From Ignavibacteriales bacterium (GTDB lineage Bacteria > Bacteroidota > Ignavibacteria > UBA10030 > SZUA-254), in contig JACRFD010000044.1 of the NCBI GenBank assembly GCA_016218025.1, positions 4,073 through 68,072 of the forward strand: a DNA stretch of 64,000 bases. Reading direction: 5' to 3'. The first letter of the stretch is position 1. Each line of letters begins with the position of its first letter. Both the position numbers and the translations under genes were made by a program. This document shows, piece by piece, positions 30,842 to 40,690 of this stretch. Below the pieces are notes generated by a model that saw only the letters and a list, made by a program, of their open reading frames with translations, was not told where the DNA came from and made no database searches.

Positions 30842-32965
30842 ATGAAAAGATATTCTTTAATGGGTGCATGGATTTTGTTGTTGTTACTGTCGGTAATCAA
30901 TCTGAGTGCTCAATCTTCTGTTCCGGTTGCCCCTGTTGCTAAAATTGTTCCGAAGTATGACACACTTCATAATGATGTGAGAGTTGATAATTATTATTGG
31001 ATAAGAGACGTGAACCGCTCGAATCCTGAAGTTATTGAATATCTGAAATCTGAAAATGCTTACACAGAAGCGATCATGAAACCAACCGAAGCTCTTCAGG
31101 AAACACTTTATAATGAAATGGTCGGTAGAATTAAAGAAACAGATCAGGACCCAGCGTACCGCGATGGAGAATATTTTTACTATTCACGAACTGAAAAAGG
31201 AAAACAATATCCGATTTATTGCCGCAAGAGCGGAAGCCAGAGTGCGGCGGAGGAAATTTATTTCGATCAGAATGAAATGTCTAAAGGATATAAATTTTAC
31301 CGCTTGAATGCAATGGAATTAAGCCCCGATCATAATCTTCTTGCGTTTTCGGTGGATACAAACGGAGCTGAATCATATATTTTGTTTATTAAAGATTTAA
31401 GAAATGGAAAGATCCTCGCAGATCGAGCAGAAAATACACAGTCGATAACCTGGGCGGTGGATAATAAAACAATTTTTTATACGGTCGAAGACAATGCAAA
31501 GAGACCTTACAGACTTTATCGGCATGCACTTGGATCCGAAACATTGGCGGATGAATTATTGTTTGAAGAAAAAAATGAATTATACAATCTTGGCGTAGGT
31601 CGAACAAGGAGCGACAAATTTATCTTGATCAATTCGTCTGCAAGTAATTCCGATGAATGGCAATTTATTCCCTCCGAAAATCCATCTGCTAAACCAATTG
31701 TTATTGTCCCCAGAGCAAGTGGTCATGAATATAGCGTGGATCAGCACGGTGATTATTTCTACATACGAACAAATAAAAATGCTAAAACATTTCGTTTGGT
31801 AAAAGCACCGGTTGCAGACCCGGGTGTGAACAATTGGGTTGACGTGCTGCCGTATAGAGAAGGTATAACTATTGAAGGAACCGATTATTTTAATAACTAT
31901 TCTATTATTTATGAGCGTGAAAAAGGTTTGCAGAAGATTCGCGTAACCGATTTGAAATCTGATGAAACACATTACATTGATTTCCCAGATCCGGTTTATA
32001 CCGCATACCCAAATATTAACCGTGTGTATGATACGAAAATATTCCGATTCAGTTATCAATCGCTTACTACTCCGTCTTCAATTTACGATTATAATCTCGA
32101 TACAAAGGAAGAAAAACTTATCAAGCAGCAGGAAGTATTAGGCGGTTATGATCCACAGCAGTATAAATCGGAAAGAATTTATGCAAAAGCTCCGGATGGG
32201 GTTGAAGTTCCTATTTCACTCGTTTATAAAAAAGGCGTCAAGCTTGATGGCACAGCGCCATTGCATATGACAGGTTATGGATCTTATGGATCACCAAGTC
32301 AGCCGACTTTCAGTTCATCCCGTTTAAGTTATCTCAACCGCGGAGTTATTTTCGCTATAGCGCACGTCCGCGGTGGCGGCGATATGGGCAAAGATTGGTA
32401 TGAGGATGGTAAACTTCTGAACAAGAAAAACACATTCACAGATTTTATTGCCTGCGCGGAATATCTCATAAAAGAAGATTATACAAGCAAAGAAAAATTC
32501 ACAATCTCAGGCGGCAGCGCGGGCGGATTGTTGATGGGTGCGGTTACAACAATGAGACCTGATTTGTTTAAAGCCGTTATCGCCTCTGTTCCATTTGTTG
32601 ATGTTATTAATACAATGCTCGATCCCACGCTTATGTACACCACAACCGAATATTTGGAGTGGGGCAATCCAAACGAAAAAGTATCTTACGATTATATGAA
32701 ATCGTACGACCCGTACAATAATGTTAAGCCCGTAAATTATCCTAACATTTTGGTGAAAGTTGGATTCAACGATCCGCGTGTAAATTACTGGGAAGGGACA
32801 AAGTGGGCTGCGAAGATTAGAGCAATGAAGACAGACAATAATATTGTTCTTGTAAAAGTAAATATGGGTGCCGGACATATGGGATCTTCCGGGAGATACG
32901 AACGGTTAAAAGAAGCTGCGTTTGATTATGCGTATGTTTTAACTCAATCCGGAATCGGTAAATGA
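30842..32965 (+). CDS. Exported S9A oligopeptidase B
   Basis: GGSAGG nucleophile, NDPRV, GAGH; signal peptide. Confidence 0.93.
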   Translation: MKRYSLMGAWILLLLLSVINLSAQSSVPVAPVAKIVPKYDTLHNDVRVDNYYWIRDVNRSNPEVIEYLKSENAYTEAIMKPTEALQETLYNEMVGRIKETDQDPAYRDGEYFYYSRTEKGKQYPIYCRKSGSQSAAEEIYFDQNEMSKGYKFYRLNAMELSPDHNLLAFSVDTNGAESYILFIKDLRNGKILADRAENTQSITWAVDNKTIFYTVEDNAKRPYRLYRHALGSETLADELLFEEKNELYNLGVGRTRSDKFILINSSASNSDEWQFIPSENPSAKPIVIVPRASGHEYSVDQHGDYFYIRTNKNAKTFRLVKAPVADPGVNNWVDVLPYREGITIEGTDYFNNYSIIYEREKGLQKIRVTDLKSDETHYIDFPDPVYTAYPNINRVYDTKIFRFSYQSLTTPSSIYDYNLDTKEEKLIKQQEVLGGYDPQQYKSERIYAKAPDGVEVPISLVYKKGVKLDGTAPLHMTGYGSYGSPSQPTFSSSRLSYLNRGVIFAIAHVRGGGDMGKDWYEDGKLLNKKNTFTDFIACAEYLIKEDYTSKEKFTISGGSAGGLLMGAVTTMRPDLFKAVIASVPFVDVINTMLDPTLMYTTTEYLEWGNPNEKVSYDYMKSYDPYNNVKPVNYPNILVKVGFNDPRVNYWEGTKWAAKIRAMKTDNNIVLVKVNMGAGHMGSSGRYERLKEAAFDYAYVLTQSGIGK

Positions 32966-33018
32966 GCGAAAATAATTTGTAAACATTTTCGTATATTCTA
33001 AGTAAATAGAGATTAATT

Positions 33019-33231
33019 ATGTATAAGCAAATAAAGTATATTGTTGATGAAAATGGAGAAACGAAAGAAGTAATATTACCGATTAAACTTTGGAAAAAAA
33101 TGGTTTTGGATAAAGAAAATAACAAAATCATTGTTTTTGATAAGAAGAAACTTTCTCAATATTTCGGTAAAATTATGTTAAAGGTAGATCCATTGAAATA
33201 TCAAACGGCAATTCGAAATGAATGGCGGTAA
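33019..33231 (+). CDS. Putative antitoxin
   Basis: 70 aa, YIVDENGE..VILP and DPLKYQ..IRNEW motifs; overlaps the PIN gene. Confidence 0.7.
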   Translation: MYKQIKYIVDENGETKEVILPIKLWKKMVLDKENNKIIVFDKKKLSQYFGKIMLKVDPLKYQTAIRNEWR

Positions 33232-33583
33232 AGTTATACTCGATACAAATATTATACTTTATTTGCTCGGAGGAAAGCTCCATCCGGATAGATTGCCCGA
33301 AGGTAACTATGCGATATCATTTATCACTGAACTCGAATTATTGTCTTACCCGAATATAACAAAAAGGGAAGAAACACAGATTCGCAGTTTTCTCGGCGAA
33401 ATTGAAGTTATCGATATAACATCGGATATTAAAAAGTACGCGATTCAATTCAGAAAAAAATATTCCCTTAAACTTCCTGATGCTATTATTTGTGGTACTG
33501 TAAAATCACATCATGCTAAACTTCTAACACAAGATTTGAAATTGAAGAAAATAAAGGAAGTGCAACTAGTTATTCCCACATAA
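33218..33583 (+). CDS. VapC/PIN-domain toxin
   Basis: ILDTNII, SFITELEL, LKLPDAII, LLTQD. Confidence 0.9.
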   Translation: MNGGKVILDTNIILYLLGGKLHPDRLPEGNYAISFITELELLSYPNITKREETQIRSFLGEIEVIDITSDIKKYAIQFRKKYSLKLPDAIICGTVKSHHAKLLTQDLKLKKIKEVQLVIPT

Positions 33584-33587
33584 ATTT

Positions 33588-35045
33588 ATGTCACTTAATA
33601 TCTACAACACACTCGTTCGTCAAAAAGAAGAATTCAAACCGCTCGTCGAAGGACGCGTTAATATGTATGTCTGCGGACCAACTGTTTACGGACATTCGCA
33701 TATCGGTCATGCAAAAAGTTACGTCTCATTCGATATTATCGTGAGATACCTCCGATATCTTGGGTATAAAACTCTTTACGTGCAAAACATAACCGATGTT
33801 GGGCATCTGACTGACGATGCCGATGAGGGCGAAGATAAGATCGCAAAGCAATCAAAGAAAGACCGCGTTCATCCAATGCAGGTAGTTGAATCGTACACAC
33901 GCAGTTATTTTGAAGATATGGATGCACTTGGCGTGGTTCGACCCGATATTTCACCGCGGGCAACCGGTCATATCATCGAACAGATTGAAATGGCACGCGA
34001 CCTAATTAAAAAGGGGTTCGCTTACGAGAAAAACGGTTCGGTTTATTTTAATGTTGCCAAATTTAAAGAGTACGGTAAGTTGTCCCGGCGTCCGCTGGAA
34101 GAGATGGAAGCAGGAGCGCGGGTTGAAGTGAATAAAGAAAAGAGAAATCCGGCAGATTTTGCTTTATGGAAAAAAGCCGATGCAGAACATATCATGCAGT
34201 GGGAAAGTCCGTGGGGAATGGGATTCCCCGGTTGGCATTTAGAATGTTCTGCAATGTCTATGAAGTATCTCGGAGAAACGTTCGATATACATGGCGGCGG
34301 AATGGAGAACCAGTTCCCGCATCACGAGTGCGAAATTGCACAAAGCGAGTGCTCAACGGGTAAGCAGTTTGTAAAATATTGGATTCACAATAACATGGTT
34401 ACTGTTGGCGGACAGAAGATGGGGAAGTCGCTTGGCAACGTTATCAATTTAAAAGATGCTTTCAAGAAATATACTCCTCTTGTTGTGAGATTCTTTATTC
34501 TGCAAAGTCATTACAGAAGCACACTCGATTTTACGAATGAAGCGCTTGATGGTGCATCTAAAGGTTATGAGAAACTGTTAAATACTGTCAGGAATGTGCG
34601 TAATGAAATTGAGAAGTTAGGAAAATCTGAAAATCAAAAGAATGAAGATGTGCCCTTTCTTGATTTGACCGGTTTCAAGAAAGCATTTTTGGAAGCGATG
34701 GATGACGATTTTAATTCACCCCAGGCGATAGGTGTCTTGTTCGACTTAAATCGTGAGGTTAATACAGTCTTGGCAGGCAGTAAATCGAATTTAAAACTAT
34801 TAAATGAGATCAACGGCATTTATAACGAATTAGCCGGAACTGTTTTGGGTATAATTCCAGATCAGTTGGAATCGGCAGTAGCAGGCGGCGGCGAGAACGA
34901 TTTGATACAATTCATAATCGAATTGAGAGCAGAAGCCCGTGCACAGAAACTCTGGGTAATGTCCGATAAAATCCGGGATGGATTAAAGAATCTTGGAATT
35001 GTTATTGAGGATAAAAAAGACGGTACAACATGGCGAAGAGAATAG
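33588..35045 (+). CDS. cysS: Cysteine--tRNA ligase
   Basis: YVCGPTVY..HIGH, PGWHLEC, KMGKS. Confidence 0.98.
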   Translation: MSLNIYNTLVRQKEEFKPLVEGRVNMYVCGPTVYGHSHIGHAKSYVSFDIIVRYLRYLGYKTLYVQNITDVGHLTDDADEGEDKIAKQSKKDRVHPMQVVESYTRSYFEDMDALGVVRPDISPRATGHIIEQIEMARDLIKKGFAYEKNGSVYFNVAKFKEYGKLSRRPLEEMEAGARVEVNKEKRNPADFALWKKADAEHIMQWESPWGMGFPGWHLECSAMSMKYLGETFDIHGGGMENQFPHHECEIAQSECSTGKQFVKYWIHNNMVTVGGQKMGKSLGNVINLKDAFKKYTPLVVRFFILQSHYRSTLDFTNEALDGASKGYEKLLNTVRNVRNEIEKLGKSENQKNEDVPFLDLTGFKKAFLEAMDDDFNSPQAIGVLFDLNREVNTVLAGSKSNLKLLNEINGIYNELAGTVLGIIPDQLESAVAGGGENDLIQFIIELRAEARAQKLWVMSDKIRDGLKNLGIVIEDKKDGTTWRRE

Positions 35046-35084
35046 CTTCGCCTGATTGAAAAATTTCAGATAGCTTTCCACAAT

Positions 35085-35347
35085 AACTCCGATCTCATTA
35101 TGTGTGCATGAGTCGGAGTTTTACATTACTGCTATGTGCGACTCACATTCAATGACGGCACGATTATGGATGTGAGTCGCACATTGATAACCTGAAAACC
35201 TTGCGAAGTTTGCCAAAGCAAACCTCCCGAAGGTTACTATCGCTTAATCAGGTAAACCTTCGGGAGGTTCTCTGGATGCTGATTTGTCGGGAGAGAAATC
35301 TTACATTGTATTTAAATGAGGAATATGTAGTTCGAACTTCAGTTCGA
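35085..35347. repeat. Cluster of REP-like palindrome doublets downstream of cysS
   Basis: Inverted repeats at 35085-35120, 35134-35184 (perfect 15 bp) and 35221-35269 (same 15-mer as at 12213); GTAG plus hairpin at 35327-35347. Confidence 0.78.
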
Positions 35348-35647
35348 GAATTGCCTTTAAAGAATGGATTGCGGAAATGGCACAGTGGAGTAGAGGAATG
35401 GAAAAATTGAGTGTCGAATTTGATTAAACGTCTGATTTAATTGCATTTACCGGTGGCAATAAGCTGATAATAGATGAAATAAGAGTATATGCTCTTTCCT
35501 GCCTAATACTGAAAATTAAAATAACTGTAACCCACAGTATATATTTTTCTTGACTCTTTGTGGATTGTTTTATATTTTTTATCTCACAGCTACAGGGTTA
35601 AAATTAGAGAACTTACGCTTTTGAGAATATAGAAAGGAATTTATACT

Positions 35648-38485
35648 ATGCGTACTCTCTCTACGGTTTTACTGGCTTGTCTCCTGATATTCTTCTTCGA
35701 ACGCCCGAGTCAAGCACAATGGATTCAAACAAACGGACCGTATGGCGGAAATGTCACATGTTTTGCTGTTTCCGGCTCAAATCTCTTTGCGGGGACCTCC
35801 GGAGCAGGTATCTTCCGCTCTACAAATAATGGTACAAACTGGACTGCGACTAATGAAGGCATCACCGATAAGAATATACAATCACTTGCCTGCAGTGGTT
35901 CAGATATTCTTGCCTGTACTGTAGAAAAGGTTTTTCATTCGACGGATGATGGCATACACTGGACTCAACTTGAGTTCAACACTTTCGGAACCGCCGGTCA
36001 ACTCTTCCGTGTCGGGTTCAGCGGAACAAATCTCCTTGTAAGCGGTGAGCTTGGCGTGTTCTTTTCTACCGAAGATGGTATAAACTGGATGGCATCAGAC
36101 CTGGCATACAGTGCAAGCTCCTTCGCCACACTTGGAGCAAAACTATTTGCATCAACGGCTGCAGGTGTTTTTGTTTCACCGAACAATGGGGCAAGTTGGA
36201 CTTCTACCTCATATACAAACTCGAATGCACATATTCTTACGGTTAGTGAAACGAAGATTTATATGGGAACAAGCGGAGCTAACGGGGTTTTTGTTTCTTC
36301 AGATACCGGTACCACTTGGACACAGATCGATGTTGAACAACTTTCAGGTTTGGAATCACTCGCTATTCTTGATACTAACATCTTTGCCGGCGCGTTATAT
36401 AGCGGAGTCTCGCTCTACACCGATGGAGGTACTTGGACCCCGGTTAATTCGGGATTGACAAATACAACAATAACTTCACTTGCTGTTATTGGGATGAACC
36501 TCTTTGCCGGAACAACCGGAGGCGGTGTGTTTCGCTCTTCAGATTATGGAACGACCTGGAACATGGTCAACGATGGGTTGTTGAATTCGTACGTTAATTC
36601 CCTTACGTTCAGTCCCGATGCATCGACAAACCTTTTTGCTGGGACTTCGAGTGGGGGTGTGTTTCTTTCCACCGACGATGGTGACAATTGGCAAGAAGTG
36701 AATTCAGGTCTCACAAATTTTGATGTTCGTTCATTTGCAACTATAGGTACTAAACTCTTTGCCGGTACGTATGGCAGCGGTGTATTCCTCTCTACTAACC
36801 AGGGGACAAGCTGGATTGCAGTCAACACCGGACTGACAAACAAATATGTGAGGTCGTTTGTTGTTTCTGGGACTGATCTTTTTGCAGGAACTGGAAGCAA
36901 TACTAGCGGATATGTTTTTCTCTCTACTGACGACGGAGCAAATTGGACTGAGGTCAGTACTGGTCTCCCAAATACATCCATCTATTCTCTTGCTGTTAAG
37001 GAATCGACTATCTTTGCAGGCACCGGGGGCTATGCTCATGGCTATGGTGTGTATATTTCCACAGATCAGGGAGGGAATTGGAGCACTGCAAACTCAGGGT
37101 TACCAAGTGACAAGCGAGTCAATGTTTTTGTCGCCAAAGAAGCAACCATCTTTGCAGGAACTGATGTCGGTGCATATCTTTCCACAGACAACGGCGGGAG
37201 CTGGACAGCGTCCGGTCTTCTACACCGTGTTTATGCTCTTGCTGTGGATAGTGCAAATCTCTTTGCGGGCACTAAAATACCCTCGGGGGAAAAAGGTGTC
37301 TCCCTTTCTACTGATAATGGGACAACTTGGACCGAAGTAAACTTGGGTCTTACCGATCTTGGAATTCGATTCCTCATCGTTCATGGTTCATATCTTTATG
37401 CCGGCACAACAACTGGTGGTGTGTACAGAAGAACCTTGAGCGAGTTTTTCATCCAGACAATTACTGCAAGTGCAGGACCGTACGGTACAATCAAAGCATC
37501 AGGATCAGTAACAGTAGAAAACGGAGGCAATTTGAAATTTACTATAGAGCCGAATGATGGTTACTATGTTGATAGCCTGATAGTCGATGATGTAAAAACT
37601 GATTCGACAACAAGCTACACATTCTTGAATGTTACAGGCAACCACACTATTCGCGCTACGTTTGCTAAGTGTCTGTCAACTCAGGACATTAATGTCAATA
37701 GTAAATGGAACCTTGTCTCAGTACCTTCTAACGTAACTGATTATAGCGTGAGGAATCTCTTTCCGAGCGCACTCACTCTTGCCTATGCTTACATGGATGG
37801 ATATTACGAGGAATCAAGACTCATTAATGGAGCCGGTTACTGGTTGAAGTTTAACGGATCACAAAGTATACAGATAACAGGGTGCGATCTATCTGCAGTT
37901 TCGATTGACGTGATGCCCGGCTGGAATCTCATCGGCTCGATTGGTGTGCCTGTTGTGACTAACTCCATTACTTCATACCCTCAACGTATGATTACTTCCC
38001 GGTTTTTTGGCTACAGCGATGGCTATTTTGTTTCAGATACAATTCAACCGGGTAGTGGATATTGGGTGAAGGTAAATGAAGGGGGGATATTATTCTTGAA
38101 TGCATTTGTGAATGCGACAAATGCAGCAAATCTAATCAAGATTGTACCATCAGGAGATCAACCCCCTGAAGCCCCAACTGATAGCGAAACAGTGAATATG
38201 ATTCCGTTGACATACAGTCTTTCACAGAATTATCCAAACCCGTTCAATCCTTCAACCAAGTTGTCATTTGTCGTTGTACATTCGTCATTTGTATCCCTGA
38301 AAGTGTACGATGTTCTTGGAAAAGAAGTTGCAACATTAGTAAAGGAAAACAAACCGGCAGGGAAGTATGAAGTTAAGTTTGATGGCTGCTCTGACGAAGG
38401 TCAGAATCTTCCAAGCGGAATTTACTTTTACAGGTTGACAACAGGAACGACAGCTGAAACAAAAAAACTTGTTTTAATTCGATAA
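35648..38485 (+). CDS. Secreted beta-propeller (BNR/Asp-box repeat) protein with T9SS type A sorting domain
   Basis: Many LFAGT..GGVFLSTDxGxxW repeats; C-terminal LSQNYPNPFNPST..SGIYFYRL..KKLVLIR. Confidence 0.9.
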   Translation: MRTLSTVLLACLLIFFFERPSQAQWIQTNGPYGGNVTCFAVSGSNLFAGTSGAGIFRSTNNGTNWTATNEGITDKNIQSLACSGSDILACTVEKVFHSTDDGIHWTQLEFNTFGTAGQLFRVGFSGTNLLVSGELGVFFSTEDGINWMASDLAYSASSFATLGAKLFASTAAGVFVSPNNGASWTSTSYTNSNAHILTVSETKIYMGTSGANGVFVSSDTGTTWTQIDVEQLSGLESLAILDTNIFAGALYSGVSLYTDGGTWTPVNSGLTNTTITSLAVIGMNLFAGTTGGGVFRSSDYGTTWNMVNDGLLNSYVNSLTFSPDASTNLFAGTSSGGVFLSTDDGDNWQEVNSGLTNFDVRSFATIGTKLFAGTYGSGVFLSTNQGTSWIAVNTGLTNKYVRSFVVSGTDLFAGTGSNTSGYVFLSTDDGANWTEVSTGLPNTSIYSLAVKESTIFAGTGGYAHGYGVYISTDQGGNWSTANSGLPSDKRVNVFVAKEATIFAGTDVGAYLSTDNGGSWTASGLLHRVYALAVDSANLFAGTKIPSGEKGVSLSTDNGTTWTEVNLGLTDLGIRFLIVHGSYLYAGTTTGGVYRRTLSEFFIQTITASAGPYGTIKASGSVTVENGGNLKFTIEPNDGYYVDSLIVDDVKTDSTTSYTFLNVTGNHTIRATFAKCLSTQDINVNSKWNLVSVPSNVTDYSVRNLFPSALTLAYAYMDGYYEESRLINGAGYWLKFNGSQSIQITGCDLSAVSIDVMPGWNLIGSIGVPVVTNSITSYPQRMITSRFFGYSDGYFVSDTIQPGSGYWVKVNEGGILFLNAFVNATNAANLIKIVPSGDQPPEAPTDSETVNMIPLTYSLSQNYPNPFNPSTKLSFVVVHSSFVSLKVYDVLGKEVATLVKENKPAGKYEVKFDGCSDEGQNLPSGIYFYRLTTGTTAETKKLVLIR

Positions 38486-38565
38486 AGGATAATTAGTTAC
38501 AGATTTAAAAGAATTAAGCGAATCATCAACGATCATATCGTATAAACTTCTTCAATAAATATACT

Positions 38566-39012
38566 ATGTTAATTAAATCATCATACATAATATTGCTGAT
38601 TTCAGGCATCATTTTTATGCAAGGATGCAGCATATCTTCTACTTGCAAAAATATTAAAACACAAAATAGAAAATATAACCGTGATAATAGTTGTTCTTGT
38701 TTCGAGCTTACAAAAATTGGTGGCGGCTTTGTTGGCGGGAGTATCGATGCTAAATCTATTGGATTATATCAGGCGTTAGTTATTCATTCCGACAGTCTGT
38801 TGGATTATTTTGAGAACGACACCCTCCGCTGGAGTAAGAAGTTCAGTTTTTATCAGCGACAAATCAAGGGAACAAAGATTACGATGACAGCAATGGATTT
38901 GGGGTGGGGAGATATAAATCCCGTTTATTCGTTCCAGGGTAAGGATACGATAATTATTTTTAATGCTGAGACTATTGATGACAGTCCGCTTATGTTCGTA
39001 AGAGAATATTAA
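38566..39012 (+). CDS. Hypothetical lipoprotein
   Basis: Hydrophobic signal ending in MQGC (lipobox-like). Confidence 0.65.
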   Translation: MLIKSSYIILLISGIIFMQGCSISSTCKNIKTQNRKYNRDNSCSCFELTKIGGGFVGGSIDAKSIGLYQALVIHSDSLLDYFENDTLRWSKKFSFYQRQIKGTKITMTAMDLGWGDINPVYSFQGKDTIIIFNAETIDDSPLMFVREY

Positions 39013-39216
39013 TCACTTTGAAGTAGATTAATTAGACCGTATTATAATCAATCAAAAAACAGTAGAGAACGTGCATCAAGCAAGGTATACCAAGCAGTAA
39101 AATTTAATTGAATACTTAAAAGGGTGGAACTTCACTTCTATTGATTATGTTTTAAGTTACATATACTAAATCTAATTTTTAAAAACATATCGAAATCAAT
39201 AGAAGAAAATATTATC

Positions 39217-39660
39217 ATGGCACGAACAAGCACTTATCTCAACTTTCCCCGTAATACCGAAGAAGCATTTAATTTTTATAAATCTGTATTTGGCGGTGAT
39301 TTTTCAGGCAGGGGAATTGCACGATTTAAAGACATTCCGCCTATGCCCGATTCACCTCCGGTTCCTAAAGAGGATTTGAATTTAGTAATGCATATTGAAC
39401 TTCCTATAACAGGTGGACACATTTTGATGGGAACTGATGCACCGGAATCAATGGGTTTCAAAGTGAATCAAGGGAATAATATGCACATCAACTTAGAACC
39501 CGATACACGTATTGAAACCAAACGGCTATTCGATGCTTTGTCCGCCGGTGGTAAAATAACAATGCCGCTGCAAAATATGTTCTGGGGTGCATATTTCGGA
39601 AGTTGTACCGATAAGTTCGGTGTGCAATGGATGTTTAACTGTGTTGAAAAGAAAATTTAA
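39217..39660 (+). CDS. VOC family protein (PhnB-like)
   Basis: YLNF..EAFNFYKSVFGG, MFWGAYFG..DKFGVQW. Confidence 0.9.
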   Translation: MARTSTYLNFPRNTEEAFNFYKSVFGGDFSGRGIARFKDIPPMPDSPPVPKEDLNLVMHIELPITGGHILMGTDAPESMGFKVNQGNNMHINLEPDTRIETKRLFDALSAGGKITMPLQNMFWGAYFGSCTDKFGVQWMFNCVEKKI

Positions 39661-39661
39661 C

Positions 39662-40093
39662 ATGCAGCAGGATGAAAAGAAAACTATTAAAGTAGATGTC
39701 TCTGTAAAAGCATCCGTAGAGGTTGTGTGGAAAAAATGGACATCCCCTGAAGATATTATGAAATGGAATAATGCTTCGCCGGATTGGTACACCCCAAAAG
39801 CTGAAAATCAGCTAAGCGTGGGAGGTAAGTTTTTGTACAGAATGGAAGCCAAAGACGGTTCATTCGGGTTCGACTTTACCGGTAGATACGATCAGGTAAC
39901 AGTAAATAGGAATATTGCATATACTATTGCTGATGGAAGGTCTGTTAATATTGATTTTGATACCGATGGAGAAGTAACAATGATTTCAGAAACTTTTGAA
40001 GCAGAGAGCTTGCATTCAATTGAAATGCAAAGAGCAGGATGGCAGTCGATTTTGGATAATTTTAAAAAATATGTTGAATTACAAAATCATTAA
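39662..40093 (+). CDS. SRPBCC (AHSA1-like) domain protein
   Basis: WNNASPDW, RMEAKDGSFGFDF, QRAGWQSILDNFKKY. Confidence 0.88.
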   Translation: MQQDEKKTIKVDVSVKASVEVVWKKWTSPEDIMKWNNASPDWYTPKAENQLSVGGKFLYRMEAKDGSFGFDFTGRYDQVTVNRNIAYTIADGRSVNIDFDTDGEVTMISETFEAESLHSIEMQRAGWQSILDNFKKYVELQNH

Positions 40094-40578
40094 TGAGGAA
40101 TATCTTTATGACGGGACAAATTACACCATGTCTTTGGTTCAATAATCAGGCAGAGGATGCGGCTAAATTTTATACCTCGATATTTAAAAATTCTAAAATC
40201 GAAAGTATGACCCGCTACGGAAAAGAAGGATTCGAAATTCACGGACAAAAAGAGGGAACAGTTCTCACTGTTCAGTTCGCAATTAACGGACAAACTTTCA
40301 CTGCATTGAACGGAGGTCCGTTATTTAAATTTAATGAAGCAATATCGTTTCAGGTTTTGTGCGATACACAGGAGGAAATCGATCACTATTGGATGAGGTT
40401 GAGCGAGGGAGGAGAAAAGGGGCAATGCGGATGGCTAAAAGATAAGTTCGGTGTCTCGTGGCAAATTGTTCCCGCTATCTTATCCAAGTTACTGAGCGAT
40501 CCATCACGTTCGGAGAAGGTAACAAAGGCATTTCTTCAAATGAAAAAATTTAATATAGAGAAATTGATGGAAGCATAA
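40093..40578 (+). CDS. VOC family protein (3-demethylubiquinone-9 3-methyltransferase-like)
   Basis: ITPCLWF, ALNGGP, QCGWLKDKFGVSWQIVP. Confidence 0.9.
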   Translation: MRNIFMTGQITPCLWFNNQAEDAAKFYTSIFKNSKIESMTRYGKEGFEIHGQKEGTVLTVQFAINGQTFTALNGGPLFKFNEAISFQVLCDTQEEIDHYWMRLSEGGEKGQCGWLKDKFGVSWQIVPAILSKLLSDPSRSEKVTKAFLQMKKFNIEKLMEA

Positions 40579-40690
40579 TTAGAACCATTTGTTTGTTAAT
40601 TTCGAATCTAGCTCCAAAGTTTAGAATTTAATCCATATCTTTCTTTCCTCGTTTTACATTACAATTGATATCGGGATCGGTCGGTAATAA

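Noticed and set aside
35085-35270. Possible CRISPR array in the palindrome cluster
   Set aside because: Units are inverted pairs of different sequences rather than direct repeats with unique spacers; no cas genes in the window
35201-35410. 69-aa ORF, and similarly 12207-12596 (-)
   Set aside because: Both run through palindromic repeats and have no recognisable motifs; likely spurious
35428-35553. Fragment reading ..LIAFTGGNKLIIDEIR.. resembling a Walker B remnant
   Set aside because: Too short to assign; no start or further motifs
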